Shown in pieces: positions 37,893-47,678 of a stretch of 64,000 nucleotides of DNA; the first letter of the stretch is position 1; the number at the start of each line of letters is the position of its first letter. Source of the DNA: an uncultured Pelagibacteraceae bacterium. GTDB taxonomy: Bacteria > Pseudomonadota > Alphaproteobacteria > Pelagibacterales > AG-422-B15. Location of the stretch: positions 24,916-88,915 of the forward strand of contig CABYLU010000003.1 of the NCBI GenBank assembly GCA_902519835.1. The letters run 5' to 3'. The position numbers and the translations under genes were made by a program. Below the pieces are notes generated by a model, which was not told the origin of the DNA, did not search any database, and saw nothing but the letters and a program-made list of their open reading frames with translations.

Positions 37893-38849
37893 TTAGAATC
37901 CAACTACGTAGTTAAATGTCCACGTGTCGGTATCATTAGCTGATCCACCAGCTTCATCTGTCTCAAGGTAATCAATACCGAAAGAAGCGGCACCCATTCC
38001 TTTATTAACAGATACTCTCATGTAATCAGTATCAGTAGTGAAATCTCTATCAGCGAACTGAACACCAACGTCCATTCCTGCTACAGATGTACCTACACCC
38101 ATGTGAGTTTCTTCAGAACCGTCGTCTGAGTCATACACAGCGTAACCTAAGTTAAGGCCAGCTATTGAATAACCAACAGTTAAGAAGTTTGGATCCTTAT
38201 CAGCAGTAGTGCCTTTGTAATCAATTTGTGATACACCAGCAGCGATTGTTGCGCCCATGATTGATCCTTTAGCAGCATATGACATTGTAGAGTCATAGCC
38301 CTCAGTAGCTGCACTACCAACAGTGATTGGATCTGTAGTAGCATCAGCTGCAACAGCTGCTGTACTATCAGCTTCCATACCTTTAGTAACTTTAAATGAT
38401 ATTCCACCCATAGAGTTTGAGTATGCAATTGAGTTACCAGATACGCCGTCACCATCGTCATAAACTCCAGCTCCGCCGCCTTTACCACTAAATGCAACGT
38501 TCCAGCAATTTACTAGTGAGAAACATGCTGGGTTTGAGTCCATGCTATCCACAGCAGAGTCTTGACCGATACCTAGACCGATAGTACCCATACCTGTGTC
38601 GAAGTTGACATCAGTTTTGATGCCAGTAGCAGTAACAGACATTGTTAAGCCAACGCCCATACCGTTATCCATAGAGTCGCTGTATGATACGTAGATAGAG
38701 TTAGTAGAGAATGTAGAAGACATTCCTCCACCATCAGCGTCCTGTATGATACCAGCGAAATAACCGTTAATAGCCATTTCAGAATGAGCTGCACCAGCAG
38801 CCATAACTGAAGCTAATGCGGTTGCTCCGATTATTTTTGATCTATTCAT
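37893..38849 (-). CDS. Outer-membrane beta-barrel porin-like protein
   Basis: Signal peptide MNRSKIIGATALASVMAAGAAHS, G/S/T/D/A-rich alternating sequence, and a C-terminal ...WTFNYVVGF (terminal Phe). Codon usage is noticeably GC-richer than neighbours, with a strong terminator. The tracked start at 38879 is trimmed to the ATG at 38849, which is preceded by AAAGGAAA. Confidence 0.7.
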   Translation of the reverse strand: MNRSKIIGATALASVMAAGAAHSEMAINGYFAGIIQDADGGGMSSTFSTNSIYVSYSDSMDNGMGVGLTMSVTATGIKTDVNFDTGMGTIGLGIGQDSAVDSMDSNPACFSLVNCWNVAFSGKGGGAGVYDDGDGVSGNSIAYSNSMGGISFKVTKGMEADSTAAVAADATTDPITVGSAATEGYDSTMSYAAKGSIMGATIAAGVSQIDYKGTTADKDPNFLTVGYSIAGLNLGYAVYDSDDGSEETHMGVGTSVAGMDVGVQFADRDFTTDTDYMRVSVNKGMGAASFGIDYLETDEAGGSANDTDTWTFNYVVGF

Positions 38850-38941
38850 AAAATTTCCTTTCATATGATAATTGATCATAGTTAAATTTAACTGGTAACT
38901 CTTTTATCAAAAATACAGGTTTTTTTTAAAGATAATTTCAT

Positions 38942-38983
38942 AAATATCACATTTTTATGTGTATATGTGATATTTATGTCACA
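38942..38983. promoter_or_regulatory. Nested palindromes (TCACA/TGTGA half-sites) in the divergent porin/lipoprotein intergenic region
   Basis: Perfect 11-bp inverted repeat AAATATCACAT (38942-38952) / ATGTGATATTT (38965-38975) with a 12-nt spacer. Also TGTGA (38966-38970)-N8-TCACA (38979-38983) and TCACA (38947-38951)-N6-TGTGT (38958-38962). Confidence 0.4.
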
Positions 38984-39081
38984 ATCAATTTTTGTTTAAA
39001 AAATAAGAAAAATGGATTAAATCAACTTTATAGTTTAAATATATGACTATTGAACGTAACGCTCTATTTCAATTAAAAATT

Positions 39082-39618
39082 ATGAAAAAACCATTAATTT
39101 CAACAATTTTACTAATGTTTCTCATTTCTTGCGCTCAAATTAAGAGTTTGCAGGATGAACCTGAAACTTATGATTCTCAGTCGCAAAAAGTAGCGACGGA
39201 AAAGGCCCAAGATAGGGATCTTAATTTACCCAGTGGAAGTACAATCATTGAGAACTCTGGTAAGGGTATTTTGGAGTCATTGGGAGTCGGTTCAGTCACG
39301 AGCTTTGAAGTGAACTCAATAACATTTAGTGTGGCATTAGATAAAGTTGGATTTATGCCTTTGATCTCGGTTGATTCAACAGCAGGGATTATCGTTACGG
39401 ACTGGTACAGTCTAGATGATGGCCAAAGTAGAATTAAAATGAATATAAGAGTTGTTGATCAAGAAATGACAGATGAAAGTGTAACGGTATCGTTATTTAC
39501 ACAATCTTTAGATGGTGATAGGTGGATTGACCAAGGAATTAATTCTGAACAAAGTTTAAAAATAAAAGAAAGTATTTTAACTTCAGCTAGGTCATTAGCA
39601 GTTGCTTCAGAACTGTAA
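39082..39618 (+). CDS. Lipoprotein, DUF3576-like
   Basis: Lipobox MKKPLISTILLMFLISC. The block FMPLISVDSTAGIIVTDWY resembles DUF3576, which commonly precedes leuS in alphaproteobacteria. The tracked start at 39043 is trimmed to the ATG at 39082. Confidence 0.6.
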   Translation: MKKPLISTILLMFLISCAQIKSLQDEPETYDSQSQKVATEKAQDRDLNLPSGSTIIENSGKGILESLGVGSVTSFEVNSITFSVALDKVGFMPLISVDSTAGIIVTDWYSLDDGQSRIKMNIRVVDQEMTDESVTVSLFTQSLDGDRWIDQGINSEQSLKIKESILTSARSLAVASEL

Positions 39619-39636
39619 GTCCTTAACTATTGATTG

Positions 39637-42207
39637 ATGTCAGAAAAATATAATTCCAGAGTAGTTGAAAAGAAATGGCAGTCTTATTGGAGTGATCATC
39701 AATTATTTGAAAGTAAGATAGTATCAGATAAAAAAAAGTATTACATCCTTGAAATGTTTCCCTATCCATCTGGAAAAATTCACATGGGACATGTCCGTAA
39801 TTATACATTGGGAGATGTAATTGCAAGATACAAAAGAGCTCAAGGATTTAATGTGATGCATCCAATGGGATGGGACGCTTTCGGACTACCAGCTGAGAAT
39901 GCAGCAATTGAAAATAAAACTTCACCTAAAACTTGGACTTACGAAAATATAGAGACAATGAAAAATCAATTAAAGCAAATGGGTCTTTCAATTGATTGGT
40001 CTAGAGAAATAGCAACGTGCGATAAACTTTATTATCAAAATCAACAAAAACTCTTTTTAAAATTTTACCGAAAAAATTTAATTTACAAAAAAGAATCTCT
40101 CGTGAATTGGGATCCAGTTGAGAATACAGTTCTTGCAAACGAACAAGTGATAGATGGTAAGGGTTGGCGATCAGGAGCCGAGGTAGAACAGAAGAAACTG
40201 TCACAATGGTTTTTCAAAATTACTGACTATGCGGAAAGCCTACTTAAAGCTCTAGACGATATGTCTGGATGGCCAGAAAAAGTTAGAACAATGCAAAAAA
40301 ATTGGATTGGAAAATCTTTTGGTTGTGAAATTGATTTTGTAATTTCTTCAAAATTAAATGAATTTAATGATGAAAAGTTAAGAATTTTTACAACTCGTCC
40401 AGATACAATTTTTGGAGCAACTTTTTGCGCATTATCTCCCTTTCACCCCTTTGTAGATAGAATGATAAAACAGAATGAGACCCTTACTAATCAAGTCAAT
40501 GAATTGAGATCCCAAAAAATTAGTGAAGAATCGATAGCCAAAAATGAGAAAGTCGGAATTCAGACAGAGTTATTTATCAAACATCCTTTTATTGAGAATA
40601 AGCTGCTTCCAGTCTTTATAGCAAACTTCATCTTAATGGATTACGGATCTGGAGCTATTTATGGTTGTCCTGCGCACGACCAAAGAGACTTGGATTTTGC
40701 AAATAAATATAATTTAGAAATAATCCCAGTTATAGATCCATCTGATAGTGTCGAACTTGATAAAAAAACTGCTTACACTGGGAGTGGCAAACTTATTAAT
40801 TCTCAATTTTTAAATGATCTTTCGATTGAAGAAGCTAAGAAAGAAATTATCAAAAGAGTAGAAGAACTTCATATAGGAAAGAAGACCACCAACTTTAGAC
40901 TTCGCGATTGGGGTGTCTCCAGACAAAGATATTGGGGATGTCCAATTCCTATTATGTATAGAGAAGACGGTAAGGTAATTGAAGTCCCTGAAGACCAACT
41001 GCCATTGGAATTGCCAGATGATATTGACTTAAGTGTTCCCGGCAACCCTCTTGACAATCATCCAAAGTGGAAATTCACAAAATGTCCTGAAACAGGAATG
41101 AATGCTATAAGAGAAACAGACACGCTTGATACTTTCGTCGACTCAGCATGGTATTTTTTAAGATTTTGTTCGCCGCTCGAAACAAAAGAACCTTTTAACT
41201 TAGATGAAATTGATTATTGGATGCCAGTTGATCAATACGTTGGTGGTGTGGAGCATGCCATATTACATTTATTGTACTCCAGATTTTTTACTAAAGCGCT
41301 TAACATCAAGGGAATGGATGAGCCTTTTGATAGCTTATTTACCCAAGGCATGGTTTGTCATCACACATTTCAAAATAAGTCTAATGCCTGGGTTTATCCC
41401 GACGATGTAGAAAAGAAAGAATCAAAGTATTTTCAAATATCCACTGGTGAACCGGTCACTATGGGAGAAATTGAGTCGATGTCGAAATCAAAAAAAAACG
41501 TAATTGACCCTGAATCAATAATCAGTACATACGGAGCCGACTCGGCAAGGTGGTTTATGTTATCTGACAGTCCACCTGAAAAAGACATCAATTGGACAGA
41601 CTCGGGTATTAATGGGGCGTGGAAAATATGTCAGAAAATTTGGATGATTGTTCAAAATAATAAGGAAAACCTTAAACAAACTATAAATGACAATAACACA
41701 GCATATCAGGGGAAATCCCTTGATTTTATTAGAATTATTCATCAAAACCTTCATGCCATAACTCAAAGCATTGAGAAATTTCAAATGAATGTTTCAATTG
41801 CAAAAGTTTTTGAGATAGTTAACGCAATTTCTAAATTTCAAATAGAAGATGAGGAAAGCCAAGAAGCGATCAATGAGGCATTGCACATTCTTATTAGAGT
41901 AATCGAGCCGATGGTTCCTCACCTGGCTGAAGAATGTTGGTCATTAGTTGGAAAAAGTGGATCGATTATGGACGAGCCTTGGCCAATAACAAATACAAAG
42001 TATTTAGAAAATAAAGAGGTTACAGTTGTCATTCAGATTAATGGTAAACGGCGAGGGGAAGTTGTTGTTGCAAAAGATGCATCAGAAAAAGAGGTTGAAA
42101 AAGAAATTCAAAATATCAAAAACATAAAAAACGCCTTATTGGAAAAAAATATATTAAAATCAATCTATGTTCCAAATAAGATTCTTAATATTGTTGTTAA
42201 AAAATGA
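39637..42207 (+). CDS. leuS: Leucyl-tRNA synthetase
   Basis: HIGH motif (HMGHVRNY) and KMSKS-type motif (SMSKSKKN). ~856 aa. The tracked start at 39634 is a TTG immediately before the ATG at 39637. Confidence 0.97.
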   Translation: MSEKYNSRVVEKKWQSYWSDHQLFESKIVSDKKKYYILEMFPYPSGKIHMGHVRNYTLGDVIARYKRAQGFNVMHPMGWDAFGLPAENAAIENKTSPKTWTYENIETMKNQLKQMGLSIDWSREIATCDKLYYQNQQKLFLKFYRKNLIYKKESLVNWDPVENTVLANEQVIDGKGWRSGAEVEQKKLSQWFFKITDYAESLLKALDDMSGWPEKVRTMQKNWIGKSFGCEIDFVISSKLNEFNDEKLRIFTTRPDTIFGATFCALSPFHPFVDRMIKQNETLTNQVNELRSQKISEESIAKNEKVGIQTELFIKHPFIENKLLPVFIANFILMDYGSGAIYGCPAHDQRDLDFANKYNLEIIPVIDPSDSVELDKKTAYTGSGKLINSQFLNDLSIEEAKKEIIKRVEELHIGKKTTNFRLRDWGVSRQRYWGCPIPIMYREDGKVIEVPEDQLPLELPDDIDLSVPGNPLDNHPKWKFTKCPETGMNAIRETDTLDTFVDSAWYFLRFCSPLETKEPFNLDEIDYWMPVDQYVGGVEHAILHLLYSRFFTKALNIKGMDEPFDSLFTQGMVCHHTFQNKSNAWVYPDDVEKKESKYFQISTGEPVTMGEIESMSKSKKNVIDPESIISTYGADSARWFMLSDSPPEKDINWTDSGINGAWKICQKIWMIVQNNKENLKQTINDNNTAYQGKSLDFIRIIHQNLHAITQSIEKFQMNVSIAKVFEIVNAISKFQIEDEESQEAINEALHILIRVIEPMVPHLAEECWSLVGKSGSIMDEPWPITNTKYLENKEVTVVIQINGKRRGEVVVAKDASEKEVEKEIQNIKNIKNALLEKNILKSIYVPNKILNIVVKK

Positions 42208-43910
42208 ACAGACACGAACGAAGAAGACAAAAAAAGAATAATAAACTCAATCAGACAATCAACCAAGATTTACTTGAGGGCATAAAGTTTCACACAAACA
42301 AGAATTACATTAAAGCTGAGGCTTTATATAATAAAGTTTTATCAAGTGAGCCTGCAAATTATGAAGCTATAAGGCACTTAGGTATTCTCTATCAAGATTT
42401 AGAACAATACGAAAAGGCTTATAATTATTTTCTCCAGGCATTAAAAGTCAATCCAAAGGGATTTCAGGCTCTTAGTAATTTAGCAACAATACACATGGAA
42501 AACAAAAATTATGAGCTAGCACATAAATGCTTAAGCCAGTCATTTAAAATTAATTCTAGTTATGTACCAACAATTAATAATTTAGCAGGTTATTATCATA
42601 AAATTAATGATCCTAAAAATGCTATTCACTATTCGCAATTATCAATAAAGATACAGCCAGGTAACCCGATAGCTTTAGACCAATACGCTAAAGCCTTAAT
42701 CATTAATAATCGGCCTGAAGAAGCTATTGATATACTTGAAAAATTAAATAAGAATTTTCCTGACAATGACAATTTTAAGCACAACTTGTCAACAGCGTAC
42801 AGAGAGGTAGGAGAGTTCAAAAAGGCAAACAAAATATCTTCCGAGGGTTTTAAAAATGATTATAAAAATATTGCTTACTTATTAGGCTATACTAAAGATA
42901 AAAAAAATAAGCTAAAAGAAGAACATATTAATTATTATGATCATCTGCTGGCAGAAAAAGAACTTAAATCTGAAGATAAAACACTGATTTGCCATTCTTT
43001 TTTTGAATATTTTAAAAATCAAAGTGATTATAAAAAAGCAGGATCATATCTCACAAAAGGAAATAACGCACAATATGCTCTGAAAGAATTTAATTTAGAA
43101 AGTGAAAAGAAATTTTTCAATAAATTAAAAAGTATTTTTTCAAAAAAAATTGATTTTGAATTTGAATGCAAAATTAATAAACAGATACCTATCTTTGTAT
43201 GTGGAATGCCCAGGTCGGGAACGACTCTATGTGAACAAATACTTTCTTCTCATTCAAAAATTACTGGTGCGGGAGAATTAGATTATCTAGCAGAGGTTCT
43301 TAATTTTCGTCTAATTCAACCAACCGAAAATCAAATAAATAATCTCGAATCTATTATTAAAAACCAAGACAGTTTAAAAACTGCTAGAGAGCAGTATCTC
43401 GATAAATTATCCAAAAGAGATAAAGGCGATTCCATTTATATTTGTGATAAAATGCCTCATAATTTTATATTTATTGGATTAATTAAACTGATTTTGCCCG
43501 AGGCAAAAATAATCTTCTGTAAAAGGGATCCTATAGATAACTGTTTTTCATTATACTCACACAAATTTGTGGAAGTTTCACATCAATATTCATACAATCA
43601 AAAAATGTTAGTCCAATACTATAAACTACATCAAGACCTTATGAAATTTTGGTTTGAAAAGCATGCAGATGATATTTTTATTTTAGACAACGAAGAATTA
43701 GTTAACAACCAAGAGACTGTGTCAAAAAAATTAATTGAACATTGTGAGCTAGAATGGGAAGAACAATGTTTAGACTTTCATAAAAACAAAAGGCAAGTTA
43801 GAACAGCAAGTATTGAACAAGTGAGAAAGCCAATTAACAATAAATCTATTGGAGCTTGGAAAAAGTATGAAGACTATTTATCTGAAATGTTATCTGAGTT
43901 AAAATCATGA
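42204..43910 (+). CDS. TPR-repeat protein fused to a PAPS-type sulfotransferase domain
   Basis: The N-terminal ~200 aa are TPR repeats ([47 protein letters not shown]...). The C-terminal domain has a 5'-PSB-like GMPRSGTTL and a 3'-PB-like [18 protein letters not shown] overlaps with both leuS and lptE. Confidence 0.8.
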   Translation: MNRHERRRQKKNNKLNQTINQDLLEGIKFHTNKNYIKAEALYNKVLSSEPANYEAIRHLGILYQDLEQYEKAYNYFLQALKVNPKGFQALSNLATIHMENKNYELAHKCLSQSFKINSSYVPTINNLAGYYHKINDPKNAIHYSQLSIKIQPGNPIALDQYAKALIINNRPEEAIDILEKLNKNFPDNDNFKHNLSTAYREVGEFKKANKISSEGFKNDYKNIAYLLGYTKDKKNKLKEEHINYYDHLLAEKELKSEDKTLICHSFFEYFKNQSDYKKAGSYLTKGNNAQYALKEFNLESEKKFFNKLKSIFSKKIDFEFECKINKQIPIFVCGMPRSGTTLCEQILSSHSKITGAGELDYLAEVLNFRLIQPTENQINNLESIIKNQDSLKTAREQYLDKLSKRDKGDSIYICDKMPHNFIFIGLIKLILPEAKIIFCKRDPIDNCFSLYSHKFVEVSHQYSYNQKMLVQYYKLHQDLMKFWFEKHADDIFILDNEELVNNQETVSKKLIEHCELEWEEQCLDFHKNKRQVRTASIEQVRKPINNKSIGAWKKYEDYLSEMLSELKS

Positions 43911-44374
43911 GTAAACTCATAGCAACTTTAGCATTATTTTTTATATTTTTGAGTTGTGGTTTTAAACCAATTTATAAAATTGCAATTGATGATACAGGCA
44001 TTGCTGGTTACTCTATGGTGGTAACTAACCAAGTTGCAAGAGAGGTTATTGAAGAAGTCAATAACACCGTTGTTCAAGGTGAAAATCCAAAATATAAAGC
44101 TCTTCTGAGTATATATGAGGATTTAACTCCGTTAATTGTAAACACTAACGGAACAGTTGCAAAATATAGGATTGAGATAGAAATAAGGTATGAACTTATA
44201 CAAATAGATAACAATGATGTCATTTCTACGGGCACCACGCGCGGTTTTGCTCAATATGATGTTACTGATTCAGAAATAGTCAATGAAGATACCAAAAAAA
44301 GTATGACCAAGATTGCTACTAAAAATGCTATTCAGTTAATGACGTCTAGAATCCAAAGTAGTATTTCGGGATAA
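43907..44374 (+). CDS. lptE: LPS-assembly lipoprotein LptE
   Basis: Lipobox LALFFIFLSCGF. 155 aa. Conserved position between leuS and holA. Confidence 0.7.
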   Translation: MSKLIATLALFFIFLSCGFKPIYKIAIDDTGIAGYSMVVTNQVAREVIEEVNNTVVQGENPKYKALLSIYEDLTPLIVNTNGTVAKYRIEIEIRYELIQIDNNDVISTGTTRGFAQYDVTDSEIVNEDTKKSMTKIATKNAIQLMTSRIQSSISG

Positions 44375-45400
44375 ATGATAATTAAGGAACATCTGTTAGA
44401 AAAAATCATTAAAGACAACGCACAGTTTTTAAATATTTTAATATATGGTCCAAACGAGGGTCTTGTTAAAGACCAAATAGAAAAACTAACAAAAAATTAT
44501 TTATCACAAGGTGAATATGAAGAAATTAGTTTTAATGGAAAAGATTTAGATGACGACCCAGGCTCTCTTGAAGCAATTATTCGATCAGTTTCCATGTTCT
44601 TCAAAAAGAAAATAGTCATAGCTGATGGAATAAAAGATAAACATTTAAGCATAGTTGAAGAAATTGTTTTGAAAGCACCAGAAGAAGGAGTTCTAATTAT
44701 AAGAGAAGGCAGTTTAAGTAAATCTTCAAAAATAAGAAAATTTTTTGAGGAGCACAAAACTTGTCTATCACTTCCATGTTATGAAGATGATAGCCGTTCA
44801 ATAATTAAAAATATTGAGGAGTTTACAAAAAAAAATAAATTTGAATTAAACCGCGATATAAAAAATTATCTATTACAATCACTAAGCAATGACCGCATGA
44901 TAAGCAAACGTGAACTTGAAAAAATTGAAATATTTTATAAGAACTCTAATTCAGAAATTAAGCTTGAAGAAATTAAAATTTTACTCAATGACTCGAGCTC
45001 TCAAAACTTAAATAAAATGAACGAACATGTCATGTTTGGAAATACGTCTAAGAGTTCCAAAGTAATAAATAAACTTTTATCTGAGGGAACAAGTCCAATT
45101 AGCCTCGTTAGAAGTCTGATAAACTACTTATTAAGAGTCCAACAAACAAAAATTGAAATGAAAAAAGGGAATAACTTTGATAGTTCAATAAAGATACTGA
45201 AACCACCTGTTTTCTGGAAAGACAAAGACAACTTTCAAAAACATTGTTTCAAATGGCCCTTGCGAAGCATTGAGTCAAGTCTTAACAGACTTCTGGAAAC
45301 TGAGGTTACATGCAAATTGAACAGTAAGTTAGCAAATATAAATTGTGAAAAATCAATTTTATTAATTGCAAATAATGGGAAGCAATATTTTAAAAATTAA
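44375..45400 (+). CDS. holA: DNA polymerase III delta subunit
   Basis: 341 aa with the N-terminal LIYGPNEGLV pattern. Conserved leuS-lptE-holA order. Confidence 0.8.
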   Translation: MIIKEHLLEKIIKDNAQFLNILIYGPNEGLVKDQIEKLTKNYLSQGEYEEISFNGKDLDDDPGSLEAIIRSVSMFFKKKIVIADGIKDKHLSIVEEIVLKAPEEGVLIIREGSLSKSSKIRKFFEEHKTCLSLPCYEDDSRSIIKNIEEFTKKNKFELNRDIKNYLLQSLSNDRMISKRELEKIEIFYKNSNSEIKLEEIKILLNDSSSQNLNKMNEHVMFGNTSKSSKVINKLLSEGTSPISLVRSLINYLLRVQQTKIEMKKGNNFDSSIKILKPPVFWKDKDNFQKHCFKWPLRSIESSLNRLLETEVTCKLNSKLANINCEKSILLIANNGKQYFKN

Positions 45401-46257
45401 TTTTTTAATTTAGAAGTCACTAATTCTAATTGATCAAGAGACTTATATTCTATTTTAATTGAACCACCCTTTTTTCCTTTGTGATCGATCAAAACGTTTA
45501 ATCCAAGCTTAGCTGTTAAATTATTTTCTAAATCAATCGTATCAGGATCTTTTAATTTAACTTTCTTTACTCCTGGCTTTCTTTGTTTTGCAAGGTCTTC
45601 TGCGGCCCTTACACTTAAATTTTCACTAACAATTTTTTCTGCTAGTTGTTCTGGGAAGGCACTATTCATAATAGCGCGGGCATGCCCTGATGAAATTTTT
45701 CCCTCAGAAATCATATCTTGAATGGACTGAGGTAAGCCAAGTAATCTGATTATATTTGCAATATGACTTCTGCTTTTACCAACGATGTCTGCAAGTGCTT
45801 CTTGAGTATGGCCGTGGTTTTCAATCAATCTTTTGTATCCCGCGGCTTCTTCAATTGGTGATAGATCAGAACGTTGTACATTTTCTATAATTGCGATTTC
45901 TAACGCTTCTACATCATCTAGTTTTCTTACTACCGCAGGAACTTCGTGAAGTTGTGCAATTTGGGCTGCTCGCCATCTTCTCTCACCTGCAATAATTTCA
46001 TATGTTCCAGACTCTGTTGGTGAGGGTCTAACTAATATTGGTTGAACAAGCCCTTTAGATTTTATGGATTCAGCTAATTCATTAATACTATTTTTATCAA
46101 ATAATCTTCGAGGCTGTGACGGGCTTGGTTTTAAATTTGAAATTGAAATTTTTGTTTCTTGATTTAAAGTTTCATTTTGAATTGAGATATTTTTAGTATC
46201 ACCCATAAGTGATGAAAGTCCACGACCTAAACCTTTTTTTGAGATTGATGAATTCAT
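45397..46257 (-). CDS. parB: Chromosome partitioning protein ParB
   Basis: Motifs GLGRGLSSL, IIAGERRWRAA, and the HTH HTQEALADIVGKSRSHIANIIRLL. Confidence 0.95.
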   Translation of the reverse strand: MNSSISKKGLGRGLSSLMGDTKNISIQNETLNQETKISISNLKPSPSQPRRLFDKNSINELAESIKSKGLVQPILVRPSPTESGTYEIIAGERRWRAAQIAQLHEVPAVVRKLDDVEALEIAIIENVQRSDLSPIEEAAGYKRLIENHGHTQEALADIVGKSRSHIANIIRLLGLPQSIQDMISEGKISSGHARAIMNSAFPEQLAEKIVSENLSVRAAEDLAKQRKPGVKKVKLKDPDTIDLENNLTAKLGLNVLIDHKGKKGGSIKIEYKSLDQLELVTSKLKN

Positions 46258-47045
46258 TAAGCTGCCTCCTGTTCTTTGTTTTGTCTTATGATCTCATCCG
46301 CTAATCTTAAATATGCCTGACTACCGGCAGCCTTTTGATCATAAATCAATGCCGGCATACCAAATGAAGGAGCTTCTGAAACTCTTACGTTACGGGGTAT
46401 GATGGTTTCATATACTTGTTGACTTAAATGTTTTTTAACATCGTCAGCAACTTGTGAAGAAAGTTTATTTCTTCCATCATACATTGTTAAAACTATCCCA
46501 TCGATTGTTAGATTTTGATTTAGATTTTGTTTAACCCTATCAATAGTTTTGATTAATTGACTAAGACCTTCTAAAGCAAAAAATTCACATTGAAGTGGAA
46601 CGATTATTGAATCTGCTGCGGTCATTGCCATGACAGTGAGAAGACTTAAAGCTGGCGGGCAATCAATAAAAACAAAACTAAAATCATTTAATGAGTTTTG
46701 GTCTGTCAAAATTTTTTTTAGAGTAAACGCTCTATCATTTACTTCAGCAAGTTCAGGTTCAATGCCTGACAGATCCACAGTAGATGGAATGATTTTTAAA
46801 TTTTCTATTTCAGTATTTTGAATTGCATCAAGTAAATTGCATTGAGACGCAAGAACTTCATAAATTGAATTATTTCTGTTTTGATAATCTATACCTAAAC
46901 CTGTACTAGCGTTTCCTTGAGGGTCGAGATCGATAATTAAAACTTTTTCCCCAATAGCTGCTAAGGCTGTGGATAAGTTTATTGCCGTTGTAGTTTTTCC
47001 CACTCCACCTTTCTGATTTGAGATAGCTATTATTTTATTTTTCAT
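46257..47045 (-). CDS. parA: Chromosome partitioning ATPase ParA
   Basis: Deviant Walker A NQKGGVGKTT. 262 aa. Confidence 0.95.
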   Translation of the reverse strand: MKNKIIAISNQKGGVGKTTTAINLSTALAAIGEKVLIIDLDPQGNASTGLGIDYQNRNNSIYEVLASQCNLLDAIQNTEIENLKIIPSTVDLSGIEPELAEVNDRAFTLKKILTDQNSLNDFSFVFIDCPPALSLLTVMAMTAADSIIVPLQCEFFALEGLSQLIKTIDRVKQNLNQNLTIDGIVLTMYDGRNKLSSQVADDVKKHLSQQVYETIIPRNVRVSEAPSFGMPALIYDQKAAGSQAYLRLADEIIRQNKEQEAA

Positions 47046-47668
47046 TAAGTTGTTGATTTTATTATATTTTTTAATTCCAAAATAAAAGAACCCTTTTCTC
47101 TCTCATTTTCATGCAATACATGATTAAAATCCCAATATTTAGTAGCTTGCACAATCTCCTCATCTATATGTACACCTTTATGCAGAAGCAATGTAGTGTT
47201 TTTTTTGCAAATATGATAACTAATTGATAATAAATGGTTTAATTGGCTGACTGCCCTTGCTAAAATGATATCGAATTTTTTATTTTCAATTTTTTCTACT
47301 TTAATGGGAATCACTTCAGTATTTTTGAGGTCTAATTTATCAATACATTTGTTAAGGAATGATACTCTTTTAGATCTATTCTCACATAAAAAAACCTTAT
47401 TTTTTGAGCCAAATATTAATGAAACTGGTATACCTGGAAGGCCAGCGCCACTTCCAATATCAATAATATCATTTCCATTACTAGTTATAAACTGAACTAA
47501 TCTGAGAGAATCATAGAAATGTCTTGTCCAGATAAAGTCTTTATCATTCTTTGATATTAAATTTTGGTCTTCTGCCAAAATTATTTCCCTGAATTCAGCC
47601 AATTTTTCAATTGTTTCACGTGAAACATTTGGCAAGAGCTCTTTTAGAGCATCAGGCGAATCAATCAT
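47045..47668 (-). CDS. rsmG: 16S rRNA (guanine527-N7)-methyltransferase RsmG (GidB)
   Basis: SAM motif DIGSGAGLPGIP. 207 aa. Sits in mnmG-rsmG-parA-parB order. Confidence 0.9.
   Translation of the reverse strand: MIDSPDALKELLPNVSRETIEKLAEFREIILAEDQNLISKNDKDFIWTRHFYDSLRLVQFITSNGNDIIDIGSGAGLPGIPVSLIFGSKNKVFLCENRSKRVSFLNKCIDKLDLKNTEVIPIKVEKIENKKFDIILARAVSQLNHLLSISYHICKKNTTLLLHKGVHIDEEIVQATKYWDFNHVLHENEREKGSFILELKNIIKSTT
47612..47627. promoter_or_regulatory. parS: parS centromere site (perfect consensus palindrome)
   Basis: TGTTTCACGTGAAACA is a perfect 16-bp palindrome identical to the consensus ParB-binding site. It lies in the 5' part of rsmG (codons ...NVSRETIE...), ~570 bp from parA. Confidence 0.85.
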
Positions 47669-47678
47669 TATTTTGATA

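Noticed and set aside
38913-38922. The 10-mer ATACAGGTTT shared between the porin control region (38913-38922) and the sequence immediately upstream of the maf ATG (56262-56271), plus recurrent ACAGGT in the origin spacer
   Set aside because: One shared 10-mer in 128 kb of two-strand AT-biased sequence is within chance expectation. I kept the ACAGGT recurrence only as a note under the oriC finding.
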